Positions 47,212 to 55,835 of a stretch of DNA of 64,000 nt are shown here, piece after piece. Numbering within the stretch: the first letter of the stretch is position 1; each line of letters opens with the position of its first letter. The DNA comes from a bacterium (lineage in GTDB: Bacteria; Patescibacteriota; Minisyncoccia; JAUYLV01): the NCBI GenBank assembly GCA_030649025.1, contig JAUSGO010000004.1:6824-70823 (forward strand). Reading direction: 5' to 3'. The translations under genes and the position numbers were made by a program. A model generated the notes under the pieces. The model worked only from the letters and a program-made list of their open reading frames with translations. It ran no database searches and was not told the DNA's origin.

Positions 47212-47523
47212 ATGAGCGACAAACACACCAAAAAACACAAAATATTCCGCGGCGTTGTGGTTTCGGATAAGATGCAAAAAACGATAGTGGTGCGAGTAGA
47301 CCGCATTAAGGAACATCCGAAATATGAACGCAGATATCGTGTATCGAAGAGATATAAAGCCCATGATGAAAAGGGGGAGTTTCGCACCGGAGATATCGTG
47401 CTTATTGAAGAGGTGCGCCCTTTGTCGCGAGACAAAAGGTGGCGTGCCGTGAAGAAAATAGGAGAAAATAGAACGGAAGTCCTCGAAGCAAATCCCAAAG
47501 ACGATCCGAGTAACTCTGAATAA
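47212..47523 (+). CDS. rpsQ: 30S ribosomal protein S17
   Basis: [28 protein letters not shown]. Confidence 0.98.
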   Translation: MSDKHTKKHKIFRGVVVSDKMQKTIVVRVDRIKEHPKYERRYRVSKRYKAHDEKGEFRTGDIVLIEEVRPLSRDKRWRAVKKIGENRTEVLEANPKDDPSNSE

Positions 47524-47526
47524 CAA

Positions 47527-47600
47527 GACTTGTAGCCTCTTAACTTCTTAGCTTCTTGGGCGGATTCCTAAAAAGCTGAAAGTTAAAAGCTGGAAGTTGT
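47527..47600. repeat. Degenerate fold-back octamer repeat (TTAGCTTC / AAAAGCT type)
   Basis: TAGCCTCTTAACTTCTTAGCTTCTTGGG ... CCTAAAAAGCTGAAAGTTAAAAGCTGGAAGTT. Confidence 0.7.
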
Positions 47601-47604
47601 TTGA

Positions 47605-47970
47605 ATGATCCAGGCCGGCACATGGTTAAACGTTGCAGACAACACGGGAGCGCGGCTCGTGAAGTGTTTTAAGGTTTATGGAGGAACGCGCCGAAGATAT
47701 GCGGGCCTGGGTGACATTATTATGGCCTCCATAAAGGAGGCAGAGCCCCGTAAGGCGGTAAAGAAAAAAGACGTAGTGAAGGGTGTTATTGTGCGCACGA
47801 AAGCCGCAACCAGGCGCTCCGATGGTTCTTATGTTCGATTTGATGACAATGCTATGGTGATCCTGGATGGCAAGGAGCCAAAGGGCGGAAGAATATTTGG
47901 TCCGGTTGCCCGGGAGCTTCGCGAAAAGGGGTTCATGAAAATAATTTCATTAGCACCCGAGGTGGTGTAG
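47605..47970 (+). CDS. rplN: 50S ribosomal protein L14
   Basis: [29 protein letters not shown]. Confidence 0.99.
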   Translation: MIQAGTWLNVADNTGARLVKCFKVYGGTRRRYAGLGDIIMASIKEAEPRKAVKKKDVVKGVIVRTKAATRRSDGSYVRFDDNAMVILDGKEPKGGRIFGPVARELREKGFMKIISLAPEVV

Positions 47971-47980
47971 TAATGCACGT

Positions 47981-48286
47981 ATGCGAATCAAAAAAGGAGA
48001 CACTATAAAAATGATTTCGGGAAAAGACCGGGGGAGAACGGGAAAGGTTTTACGTACCGATCCTCACAAGGAACGCGTTGCGATCGAAGGACTGAATATG
48101 ATAAAAAAACATCTCCGACCGCGCAAACAGGGAGAGAAGGGACAGATAGCGACCATACCGTCCCTGGTACACGTTTCAAAAGTGATTATTATTTGCTCGA
48201 AGTGCGGGAAAGAGACCCGCATCGGATACGGCGGAACAGAGGGAAGAAAGCACCGAATCTGTAAAAAATGCGGCAGCGAGATTTGA
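47981..48286 (+). CDS. rplX: 50S ribosomal protein L24
   Basis: IKKGDT..ISGKDRG, EGLNMIKKH, HVSKV. Confidence 0.97.
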   Translation: MRIKKGDTIKMISGKDRGRTGKVLRTDPHKERVAIEGLNMIKKHLRPRKQGEKGQIATIPSLVHVSKVIIICSKCGKETRIGYGGTEGRKHRICKKCGSEI

Positions 48287-48359
48287 TAGGGGGCCGATGG
48301 CCTATAAGAACAAGAAAACAAGCAAAAATCTTTTTCTATAAGCTCTATACCATAAGTCC

Positions 48360-48917
48360 ATGATGTCATTATTCGAAAAATATAAAAAACAAGTTGTGCC
48401 GGCGATGCAAGAAAAGCTCGGTCTGAGAAACGCTTTGGCGCTTCCCGCCATTGAAAAAGTTACAGTGAATTCGGGAATAGGAAAATTTCTTAAAGATCCA
48501 AAAATCCTCGATGACATTGAACGAGATCTTACCCGCATTATTGGGCAAAAACCCATGCGCACAAAAACAAAAAAAGCCATAGCTTCATTCAAGACGAGAC
48601 AGGGCATGGAAATTGGTTTTAAGGCCACGCTCCGCGGACGACGCATGTGGGATTTTCTGGAGCGCCTTATCGGAATTGCGCTTCCCAGAACCCGAGATTT
48701 TCGAGGAATTCCGGATACCTCTTTTGACAAGGACGGCAATCTTTCCATCGGCATTCGGGAACATATCGTATTTCCGGAAACTTCAGGGGATGACGTGAAG
48801 ACTATTTTTGGCTTCCAGGCGGTTTTGACCACCAAGGTCCACAAAAAAGAGGATGGCGTCTTGCTGCTCAAATTGTTAGGATTTCCCATAACAAGCATTA
48901 AAAATACAAAATCCTAA
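48360..48917 (+). CDS. rplE: 50S ribosomal protein L5
   Basis: GQKP, KKAIASFK, TLRG, LPRTRDFRG, FDKDGN. Confidence 0.98.
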   Translation: MMSLFEKYKKQVVPAMQEKLGLRNALALPAIEKVTVNSGIGKFLKDPKILDDIERDLTRIIGQKPMRTKTKKAIASFKTRQGMEIGFKATLRGRRMWDFLERLIGIALPRTRDFRGIPDTSFDKDGNLSIGIREHIVFPETSGDDVKTIFGFQAVLTTKVHKKEDGVLLLKLLGFPITSIKNTKS

Positions 48918-48964
48918 ATATTCGGAATATAACCACCCGCATTCGTTAGTTTTAATTTGAGGGT

Positions 48965-49150
48965 ATGGCAAAAAAATCCCAAATTGCACGAGCAAAAAAG
49001 AAACCGAAGTTCTCTACGCGAATCGTGCGCAGATGTTTCCGTTGCGGACGGCGGCGGGGATATTTGAGGGATTTTAACTTGTGCAGAATCTGTTTCAGGG
49101 AGCTGGCGCGCAAAGGCGAGGTTCCGGGTATACGGAAATCTTCCTGGTAG
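48965..49150 (+). CDS. rpsN: 30S ribosomal protein S14 (Zn-binding type Z)
   Basis: [21 protein letters not shown]. Confidence 0.98.
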   Translation: MAKKSQIARAKKKPKFSTRIVRRCFRCGRRRGYLRDFNLCRICFRELARKGEVPGIRKSSW

Positions 49151-49229
49151 CCGGTGAGAACAATCTAATTATTTTCTTCTTTCAATTCCGTTTTCATCAG
49201 TTCATAAGGAGACTCTAACATTTATTTTT

Positions 49230-49616
49230 ATGGACCCCATCGCAGATCTACTGACGTGCATTCGAAATGCAAATGCAGTAGGAAATCCCGTAGCAGTTAT
49301 TCCGTTTTCAAAATTATCGTTCGCCATCGCGGAAGTTTTGGCGCACAAGAAATGGATTGACGGCGTGACAAAGCCGGGGAAGAAGGCAAAAAAGACCCTC
49401 GAGATTGCGCTCAAATATTCCGGCAAGACTCCCGCCATAACCGGTGTTCGCAGAATTTCCAAGCTCGGAAAACGCGTATATAAAGGATGGAAAACGCTAC
49501 GTCCAGTACGCCAAGGATATGGGATGGCGCTTATTTCAACTCCACAGGGACTTCTTACCGACACGGAGGCAAGAAAATTAAAAGTAGGAGGAGAGGTATT
49601 ATTAGAAATCTGGTAA
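49230..49616 (+). CDS. rpsH: 30S ribosomal protein S8
   Basis: DPIADLLT, ISKLGKRVY, ISTPQG, VGGEVL. Confidence 0.98.
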   Translation: MDPIADLLTCIRNANAVGNPVAVIPFSKLSFAIAEVLAHKKWIDGVTKPGKKAKKTLEIALKYSGKTPAITGVRRISKLGKRVYKGWKTLRPVRQGYGMALISTPQGLLTDTEARKLKVGGEVLLEIW

Positions 49617-49855
49617 GGGCTTTGTCTGCGTTTCGGAGCGCCTTTGTCGCGAACGAAACGCAGGAACAAAACCTTACCCCCTCACTCATCCCGGCAAGAC
49701 ATTCTCGATGTATGTAGCTGGAAAGGCGAAGCCGCCTTCGGCTCTCGGCCCTATATATCGAAAAGCTCTCGTAAGGATGAGTGAGGGGGTGCTCACTGTT
49801 GTAGCTAAAAATCATTCGCTCAACATTGGGTCTCGCTCATAATTTTTAGACAACA
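49612..49855. other. Highly structured 240-nt intergenic element (three hairpins)
   Basis: Stems CTGCGTTTCG/CGAAACGCAG, CCCCCTCACTCATCC/GGATGAGTGAGGGGG, TGTTGT..CTAAAAAT/ATTTTTAG.ACAACA. Confidence 0.7.
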
Positions 49856-49860
49856 TTGGC

Positions 49861-50409
49861 ATGTCAAGAATCGGAAAACAACCCATTAAGATCCCCGCCG
49901 ACATTAACGTTGAAATTCTGGGCAACGTTGTTAAAGTTATGGGCTCCAAGGGAACGCTCAAACGCCTTTTGCATGACGAAATTCACGCCGAGTTTCGGGA
50001 TCACATGTTGTATGTTACGCCCAGCTTCCAGACAAAACGCACTGCGGCGCTCTGGGGCTTGGAACGGGCACTTTTAGCCAATATTGTTCATGGTGTTGCG
50101 AATGGATATGAAAAGCGGTTAGAGCTGGAGGGGGTCGGATATCGCGTGCAATTGGTCAACGATAAAGAGCTTGCGCTTGCGCTCGGCTTTTCTCATCCCG
50201 TGACGGTTATTGCGCCGGAAGGCATTACCTTTAAGACAGAAAAAAATGTCATTATCGTCTCCGGGATAGATAAGGCGCTTGTGGGGCAAGTTGCCGCAAA
50301 CATTCGAGCAAAGAAACCCCCAGAACCCTATAAGGGCAAGGGCATACATTATATGGGAGAAGTTATTAGGAGAAAGGCCGGCAAAAAAGCCACTGCGGCA
50401 GCTAAATAA
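49861..50409 (+). CDS. rplF: 50S ribosomal protein L6
   Basis: MSRIGKQPI, GVGYR, LGFSHP, PEPYKGKGI. Confidence 0.99.
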   Translation: MSRIGKQPIKIPADINVEILGNVVKVMGSKGTLKRLLHDEIHAEFRDHMLYVTPSFQTKRTAALWGLERALLANIVHGVANGYEKRLELEGVGYRVQLVNDKELALALGFSHPVTVIAPEGITFKTEKNVIIVSGIDKALVGQVAANIRAKKPPEPYKGKGIHYMGEVIRRKAGKKATAAAK

Positions 50410-50491
50410 AGCCTTTAGCCGATTAGCCCACTAGTTTCCTAGGAATAATAACCTAGTTGATCTAATAGGCTCATAGGCTAGTAAGCTAAAC
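50410..50491. repeat. Fold-back nonamer repeat (TTAGCCGAT / TAGGCTCAT type)
   Basis: TTTAGCCGATTAGCCCACTAGTTTCCTAGG ... CCTAGTTGATCTAATAGGCTCATAGGCTAGTAAGCTAAA. Confidence 0.7.
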
Positions 50492-50494
50492 ACC

Positions 50495-50872
50495 TTGAGG
50501 AAGAATCGTGCAAAACACAATATACTCATGCGTACGCGCAGGCATGGGCGCATTCGCGGCAAAATACAGGGGACCGCGGATCGGCCAAGGCTCTCCGTGT
50601 TCCGTTCCGCAAAACATCTCGCCCTTCAACTTATAGATGATGAGGCTCAAAGAACGATTGTTGGGATTACCGACGAGAAGAAAACTAAAAAAATAAACAA
50701 GGGCTCTGGGGCGGCAAAAGTTGAAAAGGCGAGGGCGGCCGGCAAAGTGCTGGCGGAAAAGGCTTTGGCAAAGGGGATTAAAAAAGTGGTATTTGATAGA
50801 GGCGGTTATGCGTATCATGGAAGGGTTCGGGCGGTTGCGGAGGGCGCAAGAGAAGGAGGACTTCAGTTTTGA
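50495..50872 (+). CDS. rplR: 50S ribosomal protein L18
   Basis: [29 protein letters not shown]; start uncertain (TTG 50495 or ATG 50528). Confidence 0.97.
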   Translation: MRKNRAKHNILMRTRRHGRIRGKIQGTADRPRLSVFRSAKHLALQLIDDEAQRTIVGITDEKKTKKINKGSGAAKVEKARAAGKVLAEKALAKGIKKVVFDRGGYAYHGRVRAVAEGAREGGLQF

Positions 50873-50991
50873 AAATCAAAAGTCAAAAATCAAAAGTCAA
50901 AAATCAAAATTAAGGAGCGAAAGTTTCTCTTGCAAGAAAAACTTTCACGATATTCCCAAGTTTTGCATTTTGAGTTTTGCATTTTGAATTT
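50872..50991. repeat. Fold-back heptamer element (TCAAAAG/TCAAAAA vs TTTTGCA/TTTTGAG), homologous to 26822-26925
   Basis: Same arms and same internal core as the copy upstream of nusA. Confidence 0.85.
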
Positions 50992-50996
50992 GTAAA

Positions 50997-51488
50997 ATGG
51001 CCAGACAACAACATCGGCAAGAAAAACAAAAAGGCGAGTTTGAACAAAAAACACTCGAAGTCAGCCGCGTGACACGCGTCGTTGAAGGCGGAAAGCGTTT
51101 TTCTTTTCGCGCTGCGCTGGTTATCGGCGATCTCAGGGGGCGCGTAGCTTTGGGTGTCGCAAAGGGCGCCGACGTCTCGCTTGCCATTGAGAAGGCGGCA
51201 TTCCGCGCGAAGAAAGATCTTTTTTCCGTTCCGCTCACGAAGGAGGGGTCTATTTCTCATGAGGTGCGTGCGAAATACGGCAGCGCCAAGGTCTTGTTAA
51301 AGCCGGCGGCAGAGGGCCGCGGTATTGTGGCTGGTGGCGCCATGCGCACGGTATGCGCGCTTTCGGGAATTCGACATGTAACCGGGAAAATACTTAATTC
51401 TACAAACAAGATAAACATTGCGCGGGCCACCATTGCGGCGCTCAGACAACTTAGACCGTCAAAAGAGCAAACAACAAAAAACAAATAA
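50997..51488 (+). CDS. rpsE: 30S ribosomal protein S5
   Basis: RVTRVVEGGKRFSF, KPAAEGRGIVAGG, NIARAT. Confidence 0.98.
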   Translation: MARQQHRQEKQKGEFEQKTLEVSRVTRVVEGGKRFSFRAALVIGDLRGRVALGVAKGADVSLAIEKAAFRAKKDLFSVPLTKEGSISHEVRAKYGSAKVLLKPAAEGRGIVAGGAMRTVCALSGIRHVTGKILNSTNKINIARATIAALRQLRPSKEQTTKNK

Positions 51489-51531
51489 CAGGCTTCAGCC
51501 GCTTGCTATTTGCCATCTGCTGTTTGCTATC
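51462..51531. repeat. Fold-back heptamer repeat (AACAAAT / TGCTATT), left arm overlapping the rpsE 3' end
   Basis: AGCAAACAACAAAAAACAAATAACA ... TGCTATTTGCCATCTGCTGTTTGCTAT. Confidence 0.75.
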
Positions 51532-51536
51532 CGTTA

Positions 51537-51971
51537 ATGCAGCTGCATAATCTTTCGGGAAAGAAAAACAAAAAAAAGCGAGTTGGTCGCGGCGGGAAAC
51601 GCGGTACATATTCGGGTCGTGGCGGCAAGGGGCAGACCGCGCGAGCGGGGCATCGGATACGGCCGGCAATTCGAGATTATCTCAAGCAGATTCCCAAGCG
51701 TCGCGGGCGGCACAAACATGGTTTTATAAGCGTTCAACGCAAGCCGGCAATAGTGTCCCTTAGAGATATCGAGAAGGTTTTCACGGTCGGCGAAACGGTG
51801 AGTCCAAAGACTCTTACGCAAAAGAGCCTGGTATTTCCTTTTGGTTCGATAATGCCGAAAGTCAAAATTCTTGACGGAGGAAAGCTTGGCAAAAGCCTTG
51901 TTGTGCGAGGTTGTGCGGTGTCGGCAAGCGCAAGAAAGGCCATAGAGGCAGTTGGCGGCAAAGTTCTCTAG
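51537..51971 (+). CDS. rplO: 50S ribosomal protein L15
   Basis: KRVGRGGKRGTYSGRGGKGQTAR, VKILDGG, SASARKAIEAVGG. Confidence 0.96.
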   Translation: MQLHNLSGKKNKKKRVGRGGKRGTYSGRGGKGQTARAGHRIRPAIRDYLKQIPKRRGRHKHGFISVQRKPAIVSLRDIEKVFTVGETVSPKTLTQKSLVFPFGSIMPKVKILDGGKLGKSLVVRGCAVSASARKAIEAVGGKVL

Positions 51972-52021
51972 TATTAAGAATTTGTATGTTAAAATAGGCT
52001 GGCATATCAGCGACCGCTCTC

Positions 52022-53293
52022 ATGGAAAAGATTCTTCAACTTTTTAGAGCAAAAGATCTGCGCGACAAACTGCTATACATCGCGGCGCTTCTTACGGTAT
52101 TCCGGATTGCTTCGGCGATTCCCGTTCCCGGAGTTGACATAGCCCGCCTTAAGCGTTTTTTCGAGGATAATCAGGTTTTTGGGCTTTTCAATTTATTTTC
52201 TGGGGGCGCGCTTTCAAACTTTTCATTGGTCATGCTTGGGGTCGGTCCGTATATTACCGCCTCCATCATTATGCAGCTCCTTACCATGATTTTTCCGAAA
52301 CTGAAAGAAATGTATCAGGAAGGAGGAGAAATGGGGCGTCAAAAATTTAATCAGTATTCCCGCCTGCTTACGGTTCCCCTTGCGGTCTTGCAGGCTTACG
52401 GCACCATCACACTTCTGCAGAATCAGCAGGTGGTGGTCCCACTCCAGCCGCTCACGCTTGTTACCACGATATGCACCATAGCAGCCGGAAGCCTTCTTTT
52501 GATGTGGCTTGGCGAGCTTATTTCGGAAAAGGGCATGGGGAACGGCGTCTCTCTTATTATTTTTGCGGGCATCGTGGCGGGCATTCCCTCGTCAATTCAA
52601 CAAACGCTTCTTTCGGGGAATGCGGGTTCAAACATTCCCCTCTATGTTGTTCTTGCGGTCGTTACCGTAGTGGTTATTGCGGCGGTTGCGTTTATAACCG
52701 AAGCGGAACGGCTCATACCCGTTACCTATGCAAAACGAGTGCGGGGCATGAAAATGTTCGGCGGCGCCTCTACATACTTGCCGCTACGCATAAACCAGGC
52801 CGGTGTCATACCCATTATTTTCGCGCTTTCCATTATGCTGTTCCCCGGCATGATCGCAAGCTTTTTTTCGCAATCTTCTGTTCCCTGGATCGCAAGCGTC
52901 GCACACTTTATGGCGGGGCTTTTCACCGATCAGAAGATATACGGAATAGTTTATTTTCTGCTTATTATACTCTTCACATATTTCTATACCGCAGTGACGT
53001 TCGAACCCCACCAGATAGCAGAGAATGTGCAGAAACAGGGGGGGTTCATTCCCGGCATCCGCCCGGGGAAGCCAACAGCGGATTATTTTGCGTATATCAT
53101 CAACCGCGTCACGCTTGCCGGAGCGGTGTTTTTGGGTATTATTGCGATTCTACCCTTTATACTACAGGCCGCAACCGGGCTTTCCGCGCTCACCATAGGC
53201 GGCACCGCAGTGCTTATCGTGGTCTCCGTGGTTTTGGAGAGCATGAAGGCGGTGAAAGCACAGCTTACGATGCGGCAATACGAGTCATTCTAA
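52022..53293 (+). CDS. secY: Preprotein translocase SecY
   Basis: LGVGPYITASII, GNGVSLIIFAGI, AGVIPIIFA, FIPGIRPGKPT. Confidence 0.99.
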   Translation: MEKILQLFRAKDLRDKLLYIAALLTVFRIASAIPVPGVDIARLKRFFEDNQVFGLFNLFSGGALSNFSLVMLGVGPYITASIIMQLLTMIFPKLKEMYQEGGEMGRQKFNQYSRLLTVPLAVLQAYGTITLLQNQQVVVPLQPLTLVTTICTIAAGSLLLMWLGELISEKGMGNGVSLIIFAGIVAGIPSSIQQTLLSGNAGSNIPLYVVLAVVTVVVIAAVAFITEAERLIPVTYAKRVRGMKMFGGASTYLPLRINQAGVIPIIFALSIMLFPGMIASFFSQSSVPWIASVAHFMAGLFTDQKIYGIVYFLLIILFTYFYTAVTFEPHQIAENVQKQGGFIPGIRPGKPTADYFAYIINRVTLAGAVFLGIIAILPFILQAATGLSALTIGGTAVLIVVSVVLESMKAVKAQLTMRQYESF

Positions 53294-53392
53294 AGGCTTA
53301 TAGCTTTTGGCCCATAGCTCATAGGTTTCATGCGGCTACCACGATTCTTCCTGTCGGCTATTAATCATTAGTTATCGGTGATCAGTTTGGAT

Positions 53393-54037
53393 ATGCCGTT
53401 AACCGTTATTTTTCTCGGGAAGGCCGGAGCGGGCAAAGGAACCCAGGGGCACCTGCTCGAGCAAAAAATTAAGATGAAAGTCGTCGGCACCGGAGACCTA
53501 CTCCGAGCGTTTACGGCTCTTGATATACCTGCGGCGCGGCGTATTGAAAAAGAGGTCTTGCTTGCGGGCAAACTTGCGCCTTCATGGTTTGTGAGCTACT
53601 TATGGATGCACGAGGTGCTTCATGCCGAACCCAAAGAAAGCATTCTTTTTGACGGCAGTCCGCGCATGCTCCCTGAGGCGCTCCTTATAGACGATGTGCT
53701 TGATTGGAATGGCCGCATACCCCCCAAAGTCTTTCTATTGGACATTAGCGACGAAGAGGCAACGCGGCGGCTGCTTTCGCGAAAAATGTGCGAAATGTGT
53801 AAAAAGATCTATCAGGGAGATTCTGCCGAGGTTGTATCTGGGGTGTGTCCGTGCGGTGGAAAACTTGTAAAACGTCGTGATGATGTTCCGAAGGCCATCC
53901 AGAGCCGCCTGGCGTATTTCAAGACGGATGTTGTGCCGGTGATTGAACATTATCAAAAAAAAGAATGGCTCATCCGTATCAATGGCGAACAGTCGCCAGA
54001 GAAGGTGCACGAAGACATTCTTAAGCATCTTGGTTAG
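53393..54037 (+). CDS. adk: Adenylate kinase
   Basis: GKAGAGKGTQ, GDLLR, FDGSPR, Zn-lid CEMC..CPCG, RRDD. Confidence 0.92.
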   Translation: MPLTVIFLGKAGAGKGTQGHLLEQKIKMKVVGTGDLLRAFTALDIPAARRIEKEVLLAGKLAPSWFVSYLWMHEVLHAEPKESILFDGSPRMLPEALLIDDVLDWNGRIPPKVFLLDISDEEATRRLLSRKMCEMCKKIYQGDSAEVVSGVCPCGGKLVKRRDDVPKAIQSRLAYFKTDVVPVIEHYQKKEWLIRINGEQSPEKVHEDILKHLG

Positions 54038-54106
54038 TCGGTTAACGAATTTGCGAGTTAACGCGTTATTTTAACCCGTCAACCCGTCAACCCGTCAACC
54101 CGTTAA
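54036..54106. repeat. Fold-back octamer repeat (GTTAACGN / AACCCGTC x4)
   Basis: GGTTAACGAATTTGCGAGTTAACGCGTTA ... TAACCCGTCAACCCGTCAACCCGTCAACCCGTTAA. Confidence 0.85.
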
Positions 54107-54109
54107 TGG

Positions 54110-54871
54110 GTGTTTCAGCCCAAATCTCCACAGGAAATAGCGATAATGGCACGCGGCGGAGCGATACTCGCAAAAACATTCCGAAGGCTACGGCACGCGG
54201 CATATACGGGAATCACCACAAAAGAACTTGACGAGCTTGCGCGCAAGCTCGTTTTGTCATACGGCGCAAAGCCCGCGTTTCTCGGCTACGCATCGGGCGC
54301 TTCAGGTAAGAAATTCCCAGCATCTCTCTGCGTCTCGGTTGGCGATGAAGTTGTGCATGGTATTCCCGGAACTCGCTTCTTGAAAGATGGTGATATCGCG
54401 GGACTTGATCTGGGCGTACTGTACAATGGTTTTTATACGGATTCTGCGATTACGATAGGCATTGGCGCCATTTCAAAGAAAGCCCAGCGACTCATTGAGG
54501 TAACGGAGCGGGCGTTATATCTTGGCATTGACATGGCCCGCCTTGGCAATACTACTGGAGATATTGGGCAGGCGGTGCAGTCCTATGTGGAGGCACAGGG
54601 ATTTTCCGTTGTGCGGGATCTTGTGGGGCATGGCATAGGGAGGGAGCTTCACGAAGAACCTCAAGTCCCGAATTATGGGAAAGTGGACCGCGGTATAAAA
54701 CTTGAAGAAGGCATGGTGGTCGCCATTGAACCCATGGTGACCGAGGGCAGTTGGCAGGTTGTGCTTTCTCCGGACGGCTGGACGTATAAAACCGCGGACG
54801 GCTCTCTCTCGGCGCATTTTGAACACACCGTAGCAATCACCAAAAAAGGCCCGAGAATTCTTACGAAGTAA
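54110..54871 (+). CDS. map: Methionine aminopeptidase type I
   Basis: VVHGIP, DLG..DSA, GHGIG..HEEP, AIEPM, SAHFEHT. Confidence 0.98.
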   Translation: MFQPKSPQEIAIMARGGAILAKTFRRLRHAAYTGITTKELDELARKLVLSYGAKPAFLGYASGASGKKFPASLCVSVGDEVVHGIPGTRFLKDGDIAGLDLGVLYNGFYTDSAITIGIGAISKKAQRLIEVTERALYLGIDMARLGNTTGDIGQAVQSYVEAQGFSVVRDLVGHGIGRELHEEPQVPNYGKVDRGIKLEEGMVVAIEPMVTEGSWQVVLSPDGWTYKTADGSLSAHFEHTVAITKKGPRILTK

Positions 54872-54946
54872 TCCCTCGTCAAGTGCGAGGGATTTTTGTA
54901 TAATAAATAAACACCCTACGATTTAGACATTAAATATTCTCTGCCT

Positions 54947-55759
54947 ATGCCCACCATCCCCTTTCTCTCCATTGTTATTCCCGCCTACAATGAGGAAAAG
55001 CGCATTGCCAATACGCTTCTTATTGTGGATAAGTACGTAAACTCCAAGCGGTTTAAGGACATTCTGCGCTCGGAAGGATACGTTCGGGACGGTGAAGGAT
55101 ATGAGATCGTCGTGGTGTCTGATGGCGCAAAAGACAATACCGTTAGCATCGCGACAAAATTCACCACACTTATTCGCAATCTGCGACTCATAGCTAATAA
55201 GGAGAACCACGGAAAAGGATACGTGGTGCGACAGGGAATGATGGAGGCAAAAGGATTGTATCGCCTTTTTACAGATGCGGATAATGCAACGCCGATCGAA
55301 GAAGTTGAAAAACTGCTTCCGTATCTCAAAGGAGTTAAGTGGAGCGTTGGCACGAGCAAGGATTTTTCTCAATACGACGTTTCCATCGGCTCAATAGGCC
55401 TCAAGGAAAGCTCCGTAGGGAAAGCAGAGCCCCTGCTTCGCGTGGTGCTGGGAAAGATGGCAAATTTTCTCATCCAGGTTGTTGCGGTATGGGGTATTCA
55501 TGACACGCAGCGCGGATTTAAGCTGTTCACGGCGCAAGCCGCGAAAGACATTTTTCCACGTCTTCGCATTGACCGATGGGCATTCGACATTGAAGCACTC
55601 GCTCTTGCGCGAAAACTCAACTATCGCATTAAAGAAGTGCCGGTGCGATGGTTCCACGATCCGGACAGCAAGGTTACGGCAAGCGCCTACATAAAGACAC
55701 TTTTTGAACTTTTCCGGATAAAGTGGCTTCTTATCACGAACGCACATATAAAAAAATAA
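54947..55759 (+). CDS. GT2 glycosyltransferase (dolichyl-phosphate glucosyltransferase-like)
   Basis: LSIVIPAYNEE, NHGKG, FTDAD, DTQRGFKLF, WAFDIE. Confidence 0.92.
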   Translation: MPTIPFLSIVIPAYNEEKRIANTLLIVDKYVNSKRFKDILRSEGYVRDGEGYEIVVVSDGAKDNTVSIATKFTTLIRNLRLIANKENHGKGYVVRQGMMEAKGLYRLFTDADNATPIEEVEKLLPYLKGVKWSVGTSKDFSQYDVSIGSIGLKESSVGKAEPLLRVVLGKMANFLIQVVAVWGIHDTQRGFKLFTAQAAKDIFPRLRIDRWAFDIEALALARKLNYRIKEVPVRWFHDPDSKVTASAYIKTLFELFRIKWLLITNAHIKK

Positions 55760-55833
55760 TTTTCAATGAATCAATTTTCAAAGCGTCCTCCAAAATTTTT
55801 ATTTGAAAATTAAAAATTGAAAATTAAGAATTG
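55759..55833. repeat. Fold-back heptamer repeat (TTTTCAA / TGAAAAT)
   Basis: ATTTTCAATGAATCAATTTTCAAA ... TTTGAAAATTAAAAATTGAAAATTAAGAATTG. Confidence 0.7.
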
Positions 55834-55835
55834 TC

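Noticed and set aside
51489-51536. Absence of rpmD (L30) as a novelty
   Set aside because: Loss of L30 is an established CPR trait; used only as a taxonomic clue.
44052-54106. Tandem repeats as a CRISPR array
   Set aside because: Units are 7-9 nt with no unique spacers, and there are no cas genes in the window.
54872-54946. Missing infA-rpmJ-alpha operon after map
   Set aside because: Essential genes that are probably just located elsewhere; cannot be judged from this window.
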